Shown: one piece after another, positions 26,529 to 34,412 of the stretch
Layout: each line of letters starts with the position of its first letter
Position numbering within the stretch: the stretch's first letter is position 1
Virus record (IMG/VR): IMGVR_UViG_3300020449_000326
Coordinates: 1-34,412 of that record
Length of the DNA: 34,412 bases
Source of the DNA: a virus
Lineage: Duplodnaviria > Caudoviricetes
Strand: one strand, 5' to 3'
Translations under genes and position numbers: made by a program
Notes under the pieces: model-generated
The model's database searches: none
What the model was told of the DNA's origin: nothing
What the model saw: the letters and a program-made list of their open reading frames with translations, nothing else

Positions 26529-28763
26529 TTATTTTATTAACTCGCTTTGATACCCTTCATTTTTGTATCGTGAAAATTCAAAATCTAATTTTTTAACTGT
26601 TCTATCTGTACTAGGTTTATATAAATGTTTTCTACAAGCCATTATAGCTAAACCACTACTTATAGATGCATCAAAAGATGTTCTACGTGAAATATCAAAC
26701 CTTGCCCAGTCTTCTAAAGTTCTTTGAAAATACATATTACCATAAGAATCATCATTTCTTCCAACATATTCTTCAATATAAGATTCAATAGCAGCTGCAT
26801 GAGCTTGCTTAATGTCTTCAGAACTATTAGGTATACCTCCTAATTCTAGTTCAGTTTTAGATAAAGCACCTTTTAATTTATCAGGTCTATTCATAGAAAA
26901 ACCTCTATACCCTCTTCTTTTAATATGATATAGTAATCTTGGTTTATTATTTTCAACTAATATAGGCATACTATAAAATATGCATGCCATTAATACATCT
27001 TCAAAAAATATTTCTGCCGTTTGTGGTCTTGCTATATATTCTAAAAAAAATTTAGTATTAGGTACATCGCTAGTCATAGTAAATGTAGTTAACCCATGTA
27101 AAGACCCATTCGAACCACCACCCCCAACTGTTCCTGATATATCATAAGGATCACACCCAAAAGCACCTAATCCATCATTACCAGGATATTTTATACCATT
27201 TTTTTCAATAATATTATTTTGTAATTGATCTGGAGGTAACCAAGATATTTTAAATCTACCGTTTTGTGTTGGTGTCCATATTACTTTACTATCTTTTATT
27301 CCATTTTGCCAAGAAAAAGCTCCTCGTACAATATGGCCATTAAATTCCATTTCTTCATTATAATCTATTTGTTCATAAATTTTAGTTAAATTAAATAAAG
27401 AATTTAATGTTTCATCTCTAAATGCATGCTTTTCTGATCTTGGAAATTGTCTATAATATTCATTTAAAGCATCACTATCATTTTTTAAACCTTCAACCTC
27501 ATTCTCCCAGTGTTCAAGGACTCCCGTATAGATGAGTTCACCATCAATTCCTTCAACCGGATCTGATGGAGTGGTGAAGACAGGATATCCATACTTATCA
27601 ATAAATCCTTCGAAACCCCATTCCATAGGTATGAACAAAGAGTATAGTCCACTTGTAGTCTGGCCATTGCGATTTCTGTTTGTAACATCTGAATTATAAT
27701 ATAATTTTTTAAATTTATCACCGCCCTTATCTAATGCATTAGAAGTGGAGCCCATCATACATTTACCAACTACTTTCGACCCGAGGCGGAGACACGTTTT
27801 TGTAACCCTCCAGTTATTGAGGATGTTGTCCGGCCTCTCCCATTTACCCGATTCGTCGTGGATGAGGAGTTGTAATTTCTCCCCGTCGTATGAATTGTCC
27901 CCCGTGTTCTTCCAGTCAATTGTGGTGTCCAATCCGTCCTGTATCTCAGAGGGGGCGGGGCTGGTGGCTCGTATCGTATTCCTCGTGAGCCTCCTTGATG
28001 GTACTTTGTACGAGAGTTCCGTTTTTGGACGTTCCATACCATCCTGTATTGGTTTAAAAAAGAACGGGTAATTAGTCGAGATTGGGACCACCTTATCCGT
28101 GAACATCTTCTTAGCGTCTGCTCCACTCTTAGATAAGATCCCAAATCTAGAGTCTTTTGAAGTTGTAGCCTGATGAACACATTCTGATGACGCCATAAAG
28201 GAGAAACCAGACCGTCTATTCTTAAGGTAGCACATCCCATAGCATCTGCTATCAGCCTTGCATGCTTCCCAAAAGTAGAAAAATATCCTGTTTGCATGTC
28301 GAAAGTCTGGGGAGCCCACATCGATCTTAGTCCAGTTGAGATAAATATAGTGCGATCCTGTAAGGTAGCACGGGGTACCGTTGCACATGAACCAATAACC
28401 ATCATTACGATAATTAAACTCATTATCGATGTAACTATAATATTGGTCTTTAATATCTTCAGTATAGCTTTGAAAATCATATAATGTTTTTATTCTTGTT
28501 AATGATTGTGGTCTTTCCCTTTTTATAAATACTTGATTTTCTTTTTTTAAATTTTTACCGTGTATTTTTTTAGGGGTTTGAGGTATACCTACCTTAAGAC
28601 CTTGTATTTCATATATATCACCTAATGTACCGTCCTTACTAATAATAACACAATCTAAATCACTATTATATCCATATTTAAATTTTTTATTTTTATTTAA
28701 ATTTTTGGTATATTTTTTATCTAAATGATCTGTATGTATTTTATATAAAGTTTGTTTATACAT
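26529..28763 (-). CDS. terL: Terminase large subunit
   Basis: Walker A-like KNRRSGFS, Walker B LLIHDESGKW, coupling motif GSTSN, nuclease motif GCDPYD, and LVENNK. Confidence 0.93.
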   Translation of the reverse strand: MYKQTLYKIHTDHLDKKYTKNLNKNKKFKYGYNSDLDCVIISKDGTLGDIYEIQGLKVGIPQTPKKIHGKNLKKENQVFIKRERPQSLTRIKTLYDFQSYTEDIKDQYYSYIDNEFNYRNDGYWFMCNGTPCYLTGSHYIYLNWTKIDVGSPDFRHANRIFFYFWEACKADSRCYGMCYLKNRRSGFSFMASSECVHQATTSKDSRFGILSKSGADAKKMFTDKVVPISTNYPFFFKPIQDGMERPKTELSYKVPSRRLTRNTIRATSPAPSEIQDGLDTTIDWKNTGDNSYDGEKLQLLIHDESGKWERPDNILNNWRVTKTCLRLGSKVVGKCMMGSTSNALDKGGDKFKKLYYNSDVTNRNRNGQTTSGLYSLFIPMEWGFEGFIDKYGYPVFTTPSDPVEGIDGELIYTGVLEHWENEVEGLKNDSDALNEYYRQFPRSEKHAFRDETLNSLFNLTKIYEQIDYNEEMEFNGHIVRGAFSWQNGIKDSKVIWTPTQNGRFKISWLPPDQLQNNIIEKNGIKYPGNDGLGAFGCDPYDISGTVGGGGSNGSLHGLTTFTMTSDVPNTKFFLEYIARPQTAEIFFEDVLMACIFYSMPILVENNKPRLLYHIKRRGYRGFSMNRPDKLKGALSKTELELGGIPNSSEDIKQAHAAAIESYIEEYVGRNDDSYGNMYFQRTLEDWARFDISRRTSFDASISSGLAIMACRKHLYKPSTDRTVKKLDFEFSRYKNEGYQSELIK
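27485..27688 (-). CDS. Candidate overprinted 67-aa protein (+1 frame of terL)
   Basis: ATG at 27688 after a very AT-rich stretch. GC about 41% at 27481-27660, falling to about 26% at 27301-27480 just past its stop. Confidence 0.45.
   Translation of the reverse strand: MLQTEIAMARLQVDYTLCSYLWNGVSKDLLISMDILSSPLHQIRLKELMVNSSIRESLNTGRMRLKV
27770..28480 (-). CDS. Overprinted 236-aa putative lipoprotein (+1 frame of terL)
   Basis: Basic plus hydrophobic signal ending IGS-C32, and a Pro/Arg/Ser/Thr-rich tail. GC about 53% at 27781-28020 vs about 23% at 28501-28740 within the same terL gene. Confidence 0.7.
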   Translation of the reverse strand: MIFKAILKILKTNIIVTSIMSLIIVMMVIGSCATVPRATLQDRTIFISTGLRSMWAPQTFDMQTGYFSTFGKHARLIADAMGCATLRIDGLVSPLWRHQNVFIRLQLQKTLDLGSYLRVEQTLRRCSRIRWSQSRLITRSFLNQYRMVWNVQKRNSRTKYHQGGSRGIRYEPPAPPPLRYRTDWTPQLTGRTRGTIHTTGRNYNSSSTTNRVNGRGRTTSSITGGLQKRVSASGRK

Positions 28764-29011
28764 TATTTAATTCTATTTTCAACACCCAAGAAAGCTTTTG
28801 ACTTTTTGTTATCTTTTTTCTTATCAGATATTTCTTCAATTTTATCTATAATTTTTAAAGAATCTTCAATTGCAACCCATTTAGCTTGTGCTGCAGTTTT
28901 AGCTTTTTCAGGATCAAGTTCATTAAGATCTATATTTTGCCTAATTACTTTTTCAAGTTCTACTAAAGCTTTTTCAGCAGCTAATATAACCTTGTCTCTC
29001 TTTTGTTCCAT
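28763..29011 (-). CDS. Putative terminase small subunit
   Basis: 82-aa helical ORF, TAATG-coupled to terL. ELDPEKAK.AA.AK..AI.DS..I motif. Confidence 0.6.
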   Translation of the reverse strand: MEQKRDKVILAAEKALVELEKVIRQNIDLNELDPEKAKTAAQAKWVAIEDSLKIIDKIEEISDKKKDNKKSKAFLGVENRIK

Positions 29012-29564
29012 ATTTTATTGTTATGTGATGTGAAAAAATACGATATAATTTTTCTCCTTCAATATTAAACTCATATTCTGAATCAGGTGTAAAGCCCACC
29101 ACGTCTCCAACGGACACTCCTAATTGATTTAATTTATGATTACTATATGTAAGTATACCTAAAAGATTTTCGTCTGTTTTAAGAGCCCATTTATCTTTTT
29201 TATATAAAGGCTTTACAAAACAAAAATTAGGTAAACTTCTCCATTTATTATTTCTTTTATAAGCAAATATTTGATCATCAGAAACTAAATATTCATTTTC
29301 ATTTAAAAAACTTGAAGAATTTTTTTGAATTCCTTCTACATCAATCCATCTTCTAAAAACATTATGATGCACAATAACCTCATCGTTTTCTTTTAATTCT
29401 GAATTATTATATAATGGTAACTTTACTATTTTACCTATACGATTAACAAACATATAATCTCTTTCAGTAACTTCTGTATTAACGACTAATTCCTTACCTT
29501 CAACATCAATGGTGTTGTTGTAGCGATTTTCAGTAGATATAATATATTCAAATAAAGATTGCAT
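28974..29564 (-). CDS. GroES-like co-chaperonin (tandem SH3-like barrels)
   Basis: DEVIVHHNVFR, FCFVKP and GDVVGF.P.SEYEF.IEGEKLYR motifs typical of phage GroES-like proteins upstream of terminase. Confidence 0.65.
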   Translation of the reverse strand: MQSLFEYIISTENRYNNTIDVEGKELVVNTEVTERDYMFVNRIGKIVKLPLYNNSELKENDEVIVHHNVFRRWIDVEGIQKNSSSFLNENEYLVSDDQIFAYKRNNKWRSLPNFCFVKPLYKKDKWALKTDENLLGILTYSNHKLNQLGVSVGDVVGFTPDSEYEFNIEGEKLYRIFSHHITIKYGTKERQGYISC

Positions 29565-29785
29565 TAATAATCTAAATTATATTCAACAGATACAGCCATG
29601 TTAGCATTAAAATGTTTCCATGGTAATACTTCTTTATTTTTTGTAATATAAATTTTATAAGCACCTTCCTCTTCTAAAATGTCACAAATTGTATGTCCTC
29701 CATAAACCTCTTGACCTACAGAATAATGCATTGCTTCATTTTTATAATCGGTGCCAATACTAATTTTTCTAATTAATTTTGCCAT
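29564..29785 (-). CDS. Conserved small hypothetical protein
   Basis: IRKISIG.DYK..AMHYSVGQ.VYGGH motif. TAATG-coupled to the next gene. Confidence 0.8.
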   Translation of the reverse strand: MAKLIRKISIGTDYKNEAMHYSVGQEVYGGHTICDILEEEGAYKIYITKNKEVLPWKHFNANMAVSVEYNLDY

Positions 29786-29795
29786 TTAATTTTAT

Positions 29796-30146
29796 TTAAT
29801 ATGTCCAAAGAGTTATAGGTGGAGCATCAGGATATCCAATACCTACGTGAACAAAATTATTTTTTCTGCTAACTCCTATTCTTGTAAAGCCAACGTCCAT
29901 GGCAGCTTTAACTAATTTAAATGTTGCCTCGCCTCCAATGCTTGCAATATCAACGGCGGCACCATAAGCATGTTCTCCCGGTGCTTTTTTCTTTGCTTCT
30001 ATTGGATGATCCGGACTTCTATAACTAGATGTAATTTTTATAGGTGATCCATAAGCTTCTCGTAAATCATCTAGCATTTTAAGAAGCTTTTTATCCATCA
30101 TTTTATATTGATTAAATTCAGATTCATTAAAATATTTTAAAGGCAT
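29796..30146 (-). CDS. Peptidase M15 family endolysin
   Basis: YF..SEF, LDDLRE.YG.PI.ITS.YR, H..G.A.DI and FVH zinc-ligand pattern. Confidence 0.85.
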   Translation of the reverse strand: MPLKYFNESEFNQYKMMDKKLLKMLDDLREAYGSPIKITSSYRSPDHPIEAKKKAPGEHAYGAAVDIASIGGEATFKLVKAAMDVGFTRIGVSRKNNFVHVGIGYPDAPPITLWTY

Positions 30147-30147
30147 T

Positions 30148-30297
30148 TTATTTACTATTTAATTTATTTTTTATACCTATTACGGTATATACTATTGTTA
30201 ATAATAATACTACTGTTTGTAGCAGCGGATTTATATCTGGCATTATAGAGAAGGTTATACCACCTAAACTTATGCCATAAATTCTTAAGTCTTGCAT
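30148..30297 (-). CDS. Small holin-like membrane protein (49 aa)
   Basis: MQDLRIYG... with hydrophobic segments and a basic C-terminus, adjacent to the endolysin. Start chosen at the ATG just after the upstream stop. Confidence 0.6.
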   Translation of the reverse strand: MQDLRIYGISLGGITFSIMPDINPLLQTVVLLLTIVYTVIGIKNKLNSK

Positions 30298-30298
30298 T

Positions 30299-30709
30299 TT
30301 ATTTGTGCATTTTATTTCCAAAGACTTTCTCCACACCTCGCGATCCGAAATAGCCTCCGATTACTATTGTTAATAAACCGGTTATTGAATCAAGTGGATA
30401 ACCTAAGTACCACCCAATTACATAGCTTACTGTTAAAAATATTAATGTTAAAGGACGAACATTAGCCGCAAGCCATGCTCCTGAGCCAGCATCCGCCACC
30501 CATCTTTCTGTTGTCCCATCTATTTCAGCTCTTTCTAGTTTTAGTTTTTCTAATGCAATTTCTTTATCACCATCAGACATTTCACTGCTACCTATTATAG
30601 CCTCTATAATACCACCGGCTGGTGTGCCACTAGCAATTGATCCAACTACAGTTGGTATTTTTTTTAATAAAAATTTTCCAACTGCAGTATCTTTAAATTT
30701 CTTTTTCAT
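30299..30709 (-). CDS. Holin, 3TM/GTA-holin-like family
   Basis: RW.AD..S..WL..NVRP.TL, TM helices and GYFGSRG.EK signature. Confidence 0.75.
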   Translation of the reverse strand: MKKKFKDTAVGKFLLKKIPTVVGSIASGTPAGGIIEAIIGSSEMSDGDKEIALEKLKLERAEIDGTTERWVADAGSGAWLAANVRPLTLIFLTVSYVIGWYLGYPLDSITGLLTIVIGGYFGSRGVEKVFGNKMHK

Positions 30710-30712
30710 ATA

Positions 30713-31093
30713 TTATGGTGTTGGATCAGAAGTAGATTTAGCAACAGCATATGCAAAAACAGCATTTGCTCCATCTGCTAAACATTCAATTTGTAAAATA
30801 TTTGTTTCACCCCCATCATAATCGGTTGTTCCAACTTTTAAAAATGATTCACTTGTTGCTGCGTCGCTATCAAGTGTTATTGTTTGTGAGCCAGTTATAT
30901 TATATATACTTAATACTTGACCTGCTACATAATTTGTAAAATCAAACTCTATAGCACCGGTTAAAGAGCCATTCATTTTATATACTGTTGCAGCAGCCCA
31001 ATCAACAGATGTAGCACCTGATTGATTTGTTATTGTTCCGACTGATGTATATCTAGCCTCTAAAACATTATGTGTTACTTTTGTTAATGCCAT
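30713..31093 (-). CDS. Tail-fibre-associated structural protein
   Basis: MALTKVT start, beta-rich, YDG..TN.LQIEC motif, in the fibre cluster. Confidence 0.55.
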   Translation of the reverse strand: MALTKVTHNVLEARYTSVGTITNQSGATSVDWAAATVYKMNGSLTGAIEFDFTNYVAGQVLSIYNITGSQTITLDSDAATSESFLKVGTTDYDGGETNILQIECLADGANAVFAYAVAKSTSDPTP

Positions 31094-31103
31094 TTTTTAT
31101 TTT

Positions 31104-31622
31104 TTATGTTACTACCGATGGTGTTATATTTATTATAAATGTGTATGTGCCTCTAGTATTACCACTAGCAGTTACTTTATAATATGAATATGCCACGGCT
31201 GTATACGATGTTGTTAACGTTGTACAAGTAGCACTTAGTGCACTACCTGTATGATGTTGTGTAACTAATAAAGTCCAATTTGATCCATCATTTGAGCCAT
31301 ACCATCTTACATAACCTGTATAATTATAATAACTTTGTTGCAAACCTATAGAAGTAAATCCGTTAGTTGTCGTAGGTCCTAACATAGTCATAGTAACAGT
31401 ATTAGAGGCTTCAGAATTACCATTATCACCAAAAGAATATCCATTAGCGGTATTACATGAGGTTCCCACCAATAAATTATTATTAGTTTTATTATTATTT
31501 AAATATGCGGTATTATAGGAAGCACTTGACGATGTTGAGTTGTATGAGGCTATATTATTTTGAAAAGGACTAACCGTTTGATAACCCCCAGCTCCTGGAA
31601 AAAGTCTTTTATTTAATCCCAT
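31104..31622 (-). CDS. Putative tail accessory protein with discoidin (F5/8 type C)-like domain
   Basis: YGSNDGSNWTLL...AYSYYKV motif, Ser/Thr/Asn-rich. Confidence 0.6.
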   Translation of the reverse strand: MGLNKRLFPGAGGYQTVSPFQNNIASYNSTSSSASYNTAYLNNNKTNNNLLVGTSCNTANGYSFGDNGNSEASNTVTMTMLGPTTTNGFTSIGLQQSYYNYTGYVRWYGSNDGSNWTLLVTQHHTGSALSATCTTLTTSYTAVAYSYYKVTASGNTRGTYTFIINITPSVVT

Positions 31623-31623
31623 T

Positions 31624-32088
31624 TTAATATACTATATTATAATTCATTACAGCTGCTTTAGTAGTTAAATTATTTATAGCAGTTTCATGATTATCACAAG
31701 TAGTTCTAATACTATCTCTTTGTGTTTCTATATCATCAGGTATTGCAGTACCTTTTTCTGCTTTTCTCACTACATACCAATCTGTATTATATAAAAGCGT
31801 TTTTGCAAAAATTTTAGCTTCTTCTATTTGTTTTTCTTTTAATTGTGCTAATGTTTCTGACCAAGTTTTATTATTTACAGCATAAGTAAATACATTATTT
31901 TCAGAATCAAAACTTATAGGGCCTAGCTCTTGTATTTTTGAATTATATTCTGGAGTTACAACGTTATAAAATCCATAATTTTGTAATTCTGTATCTGATA
32001 ATAAATCAAAACCACCTATTATATTACCATATGATTTAGGTAAAGAAATGAATGTTTTTATTAAGCCATTATAATCTTTTGCTTTCAT
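31624..32088 (-). CDS. Putative tail fibre assembly chaperone
   Basis: LL..TDWYVVRKAE.GTAIP..I...R..IR motif. Confidence 0.7.
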   Translation of the reverse strand: MKAKDYNGLIKTFISLPKSYGNIIGGFDLLSDTELQNYGFYNVVTPEYNSKIQELGPISFDSENNVFTYAVNNKTWSETLAQLKEKQIEEAKIFAKTLLYNTDWYVVRKAEKGTAIPDDIETQRDSIRTTCDNHETAINNLTTKAAVMNYNIVY

Positions 32089-32091
32089 GTA

Positions 32092-32469
32092 TTAATTATT
32101 AAGAGATTGTTCTACCCATTGTTGATTATTTTCGTCCCATATATATACTTTACCATCATTAGGCATTTCTACAGGAGGTTCCCACGAACAGGTTGTTTCA
32201 TTTAATGTCCAACTAGTAAACGGCTTTGGAGGTATAAATGCATCTTTATTATAATCATATGTATATCCTATACCGGCATAATTTTTTCTAAAAGGTGTTC
32301 CTCCTTTTAAATGTACTCCTTTTGAAGTATTATATGATGTTCTTTTACAAACTTGCTCACGCATATTGCCATAATGCATTTCCCAATTTGTAGGACCTTC
32401 CGTTTCATCTTTACCTACTATTACTTCAGTAACTATATTTTGCATATTTAAAAAAGCGTAATGTGCCAT
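32092..32469 (-). CDS. Conserved fibre-associated hypothetical protein
   Basis: MAHYA.L...NIV..VIV, TSYN, FRKNYAGIGY.YD...DAFIPPKP..SW.LNE motifs, which usually follow Gly-rich fibres. Confidence 0.75.
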   Translation of the reverse strand: MAHYAFLNMQNIVTEVIVGKDETEGPTNWEMHYGNMREQVCKRTSYNTSKGVHLKGGTPFRKNYAGIGYTYDYNKDAFIPPKPFTSWTLNETTCSWEPPVEMPNDGKVYIWDENNQQWVEQSLNN

Positions 32470-32474
32470 AATTA

Positions 32475-34412
32475 TTAAGTTGTATATGTTCCTGATGCTT
32501 TAAAAACTAATATAGTGTTTGTTCCTTCTGTAACAACACCCGGTGATCCTGTTATTGTTCCTGAATAATCCGCTGTAGGCATTTTAAGTATTATAACACC
32601 TGAACCTCCTGGTCCACCACTTCCTTGACTACCATATTGAGTTCCAGAACCGCCACCTCCTGTATTTGCAGTACCAGCATTACCAGGATTAGAACCAGTA
32701 ACACCATCGGCACCGCCTCCTAAACCGCCATCTCCACAATCTGAAGCACTATAAGCTGCACCACCACCGCCACCGGCAAAATATACAGATCCTCCACTTA
32801 CTTCTCCTACACTTTGACTAGATGCATTTGTTGTTGAAATTATAGTTGAAGTTAATCCAACACCGCCATCACCAGCTTGTATGTTAGGATATGATCCTGA
32901 AGGAACTCCTCCAGCTGCACCAGCACCACCACCTCCTGCACCTATATAATCGTTATATCCAGTACCGTTACCACCAGCATTACCGTGTCCGGTTAAAGGT
33001 GAAGAGTTTCCTTGATTACTAGCTCCTCCATTTGTGTTTGTACCATTTATAGTAGCACCACCGCCACCGCCGCCAGAACCACCAGCATTTGCGGTTGGTG
33101 TGGCAGGTGTGTCAGCGCCACCTCGACCACCACCATTTGAAGTATGAGTTGCTCCGCCTGCTATAGCAATTGAAGAATTATTACCATCATTACCTGCTGT
33201 ATTATAACCACTATTTGCAATAGCACCTCCAGCACCAACAGTTATAGTGTATTGGACACCAGAAATTTGATTAGCAATTGTACCTGTTAATAAACCACCA
33301 GCACCTCCGCCACCATTACCTGCACCTTGTGCAGCACCACCGCCACCTGCAACAATTAAAGCATCTATACTATAAGGAGCGGAACCTAAATCGTCATCAG
33401 ATGCAGCAGAAGATATAACCCAACCTTCAGTTGAATCTGTAAATACTAATGTTAATGCTTTATTATTTGCATTTAATATTTTATTAACAGTTCCTCCTCT
33501 TATTTTATTACCATTAGGGTTAATGGTTAAGTTATTAGTAGCAAATGTTCCTGTATAATCTACAATTGAAACTTCATCTCCTAATGATGGAGATGCGGGT
33601 AAAGTTACCGTTATAGCTCCTCCTGCTGTATTTACAAAATAACCTTCACCAGCTGTAGCTGTAAAATTAGAGGTTTGAATACTTGAGTCCCAGCTAACTC
33701 CAGATCCTGATCCTGACGATGAAGCTTTTATATGAACAACTTCTATTTTAGCACCATTACCTGGCGCTGGAGAAAATGTTAAAGTAGCACCACTAATTGT
33801 ATATGTAGATTTATCTTGATATACTCCATCTATATATACTTGAGTATTGTTTTTATTAGAAACAGATAAAGTAAGATTAAAGGCTGTAGTTGAACCATTG
33901 CCTGTAAAATTATCAACCGCTACTACATTTCCGCTTATAGATACAAATTGAATAAGCTCTACAGATGTACCATTACCAGGGGCAGTTGCCATTGTAACTG
34001 TACTACCGCTTGTTGTATAATTATCTTTAGATTGATATACACCATCTATATAAATTTGTACATTATTTTCATTAGCAATAGCTGAACTAGTATTAAATGT
34101 AGTAGTTGAACCATTACCAGTATATACATTTTTTTCTATAGTTACAGTTCCACTACCACCACCAGTAACATCAATTGTTTTTGTTGCTCCTGTACCTGAA
34201 GCAGTTACTCCTGATCCTGTAAAATTTAAAGTTGTGGCTAGTGTAGATAAAGGAGTTCCTTCGTCTTGTATTGTTATACCTTGTGAACCACCCGATGCAG
34301 CTATAGTAACTTCCTGTGCCCCATTTCTAGTAAGCGTTACATTTGATCCAGCAGTTAATTGAACAGTAGAATTATCACTACCAGAACCAGACGTTAAATT
34401 TATATCAACATT
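32475..34412 (-). CDS. Tail fibre with Gly-rich C-terminal domain (5'-truncated; at least 645 aa in window)
   Basis: Frame stays open from 33992 to the window end (NVDINLTSGSG...). Two GNGSTT..VYIDGVYQ modules, a GYFVNT.GGAITVTLPASP module and a GGGGAGG-rich domain. Confidence 0.85.
   Translation of the reverse strand, partial: NVDINLTSGSGSDNSTVQLTAGSNVTLTRNGAQEVTIAASGGSQGITIQDEGTPLSTLATTLNFTGSGVTASGTGATKTIDVTGGGSGTVTIEKNVYTGNGSTTTFNTSSAIANENNVQIYIDGVYQSKDNYTTSGSTVTMATAPGNGTSVELIQFVSISGNVVAVDNFTGNGSTTAFNLTLSVSNKNNTQVYIDGVYQDKSTYTISGATLTFSPAPGNGAKIEVVHIKASSSGSGSGVSWDSSIQTSNFTATAGEGYFVNTAGGAITVTLPASPSLGDEVSIVDYTGTFATNNLTINPNGNKIRGGTVNKILNANNKALTLVFTDSTEGWVISSAASDDDLGSAPYSIDALIVAGGGGAAQGAGNGGGGAGGLLTGTIANQISGVQYTITVGAGGAIANSGYNTAGNDGNNSSIAIAGGATHTSNGGGRGGADTPATPTANAGGSGGGGGGATINGTNTNGGASNQGNSSPLTGHGNAGGNGTGYNDYIGAGGGGAGAAGGVPSGSYPNIQAGDGGVGLTSTIISTTNASSQSVGEVSGGSVYFAGGGGGAAYSASDCGDGGLGGGADGVTGSNPGNAGTANTGGGGSGTQYGSQGSGGPGGSGVIILKMPTADYSGTITGSPGVVTEGTNTILVFKASGTYTT
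33729..34128 (-). repeat. Tandem duplication of an approximately 60-aa fibre module
   Basis: TGNGSTTTF...NNVQIYIDGVYQSKDNYT.SG.TVT..TAPGNG.SVELI vs TGNGSTTAF...NNTQVYIDGVYQDKSTYT.SG.TLT..PAPGNG.KIEVV. Confidence 0.8.

Noticed and set aside
27745-28484. Antisense ORFs over the terL GC island (27745-28071, 28296-28484)
   Set aside because: By-products of locally high GC. The same-strand +1 ORF explains the island better.
14200-29975. ~20-aa +1 ORFs in the GNAT-like gene (MIKNRGFIRK...) and the endolysin (MLMVPPLILQ...)
   Set aside because: Too short to distinguish from chance.
32560-33350. GC-rich stretch in the tail fibre gene
   Set aside because: Explained by Gly/Ala codons with A/T third positions, not dual coding.
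1-34412. Stop-codon reassignment, introns/inteins, tRNAs, CRISPR arrays, DGR repeats
   Set aside because: Genes are intact in the standard code (the scaffold ends in TAG). RNR and TerL show no obvious interrupting elements. No cloverleaf, regular repeat-spacer array, reverse transcriptase or TR/VR pair was seen.

Overview
The window is a 34.4-kb fragment of an AT-rich tailed-phage genome. It is most likely a podovirus of Bacteroidota/Flavobacteriia, resembling from recall the Cellulophaga phi38:1/phi40:1-type marine phages and, distantly, crAss-like phages. The + strand (1-3069) carries the end of the replication arm: nrdB (5'-truncated), a Zn-finger/3-TM gene, nrdA and a small membrane protein. 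It converges at a bidirectional terminator on the - strand morphogenesis arm. In order of transcription that arm holds tail fibre and accessory genes, two holin-like genes, an M15 endolysin, a GroES-like protein, TerS, TerL, portal, scaffold, major capsid, ring/adaptor proteins, a split tail-stabilisation gene, a GNAT-like protein and putative ejection proteins including a 2745-aa multidomain protein. The most unusual signal is a hidden layer of genes overprinted in the +1 frame of core genes, mostly marked by a local GC rise. Candidates are a 236-aa lipoprotein-like ORF and a 67-aa ORF inside terL, two 36/39-aa basic micro-genes inside the scaffold's acidic linker (one with an ArfA-like tail), and further ORFs inside nrdB and nrdA. 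The giant virion protein also appears to carry a sigma-70 region-2-like segment, a TonB-box-like motif and two HExxH motifs. All family assignments are by motif recognition without database searches. GC figures are hand counts.
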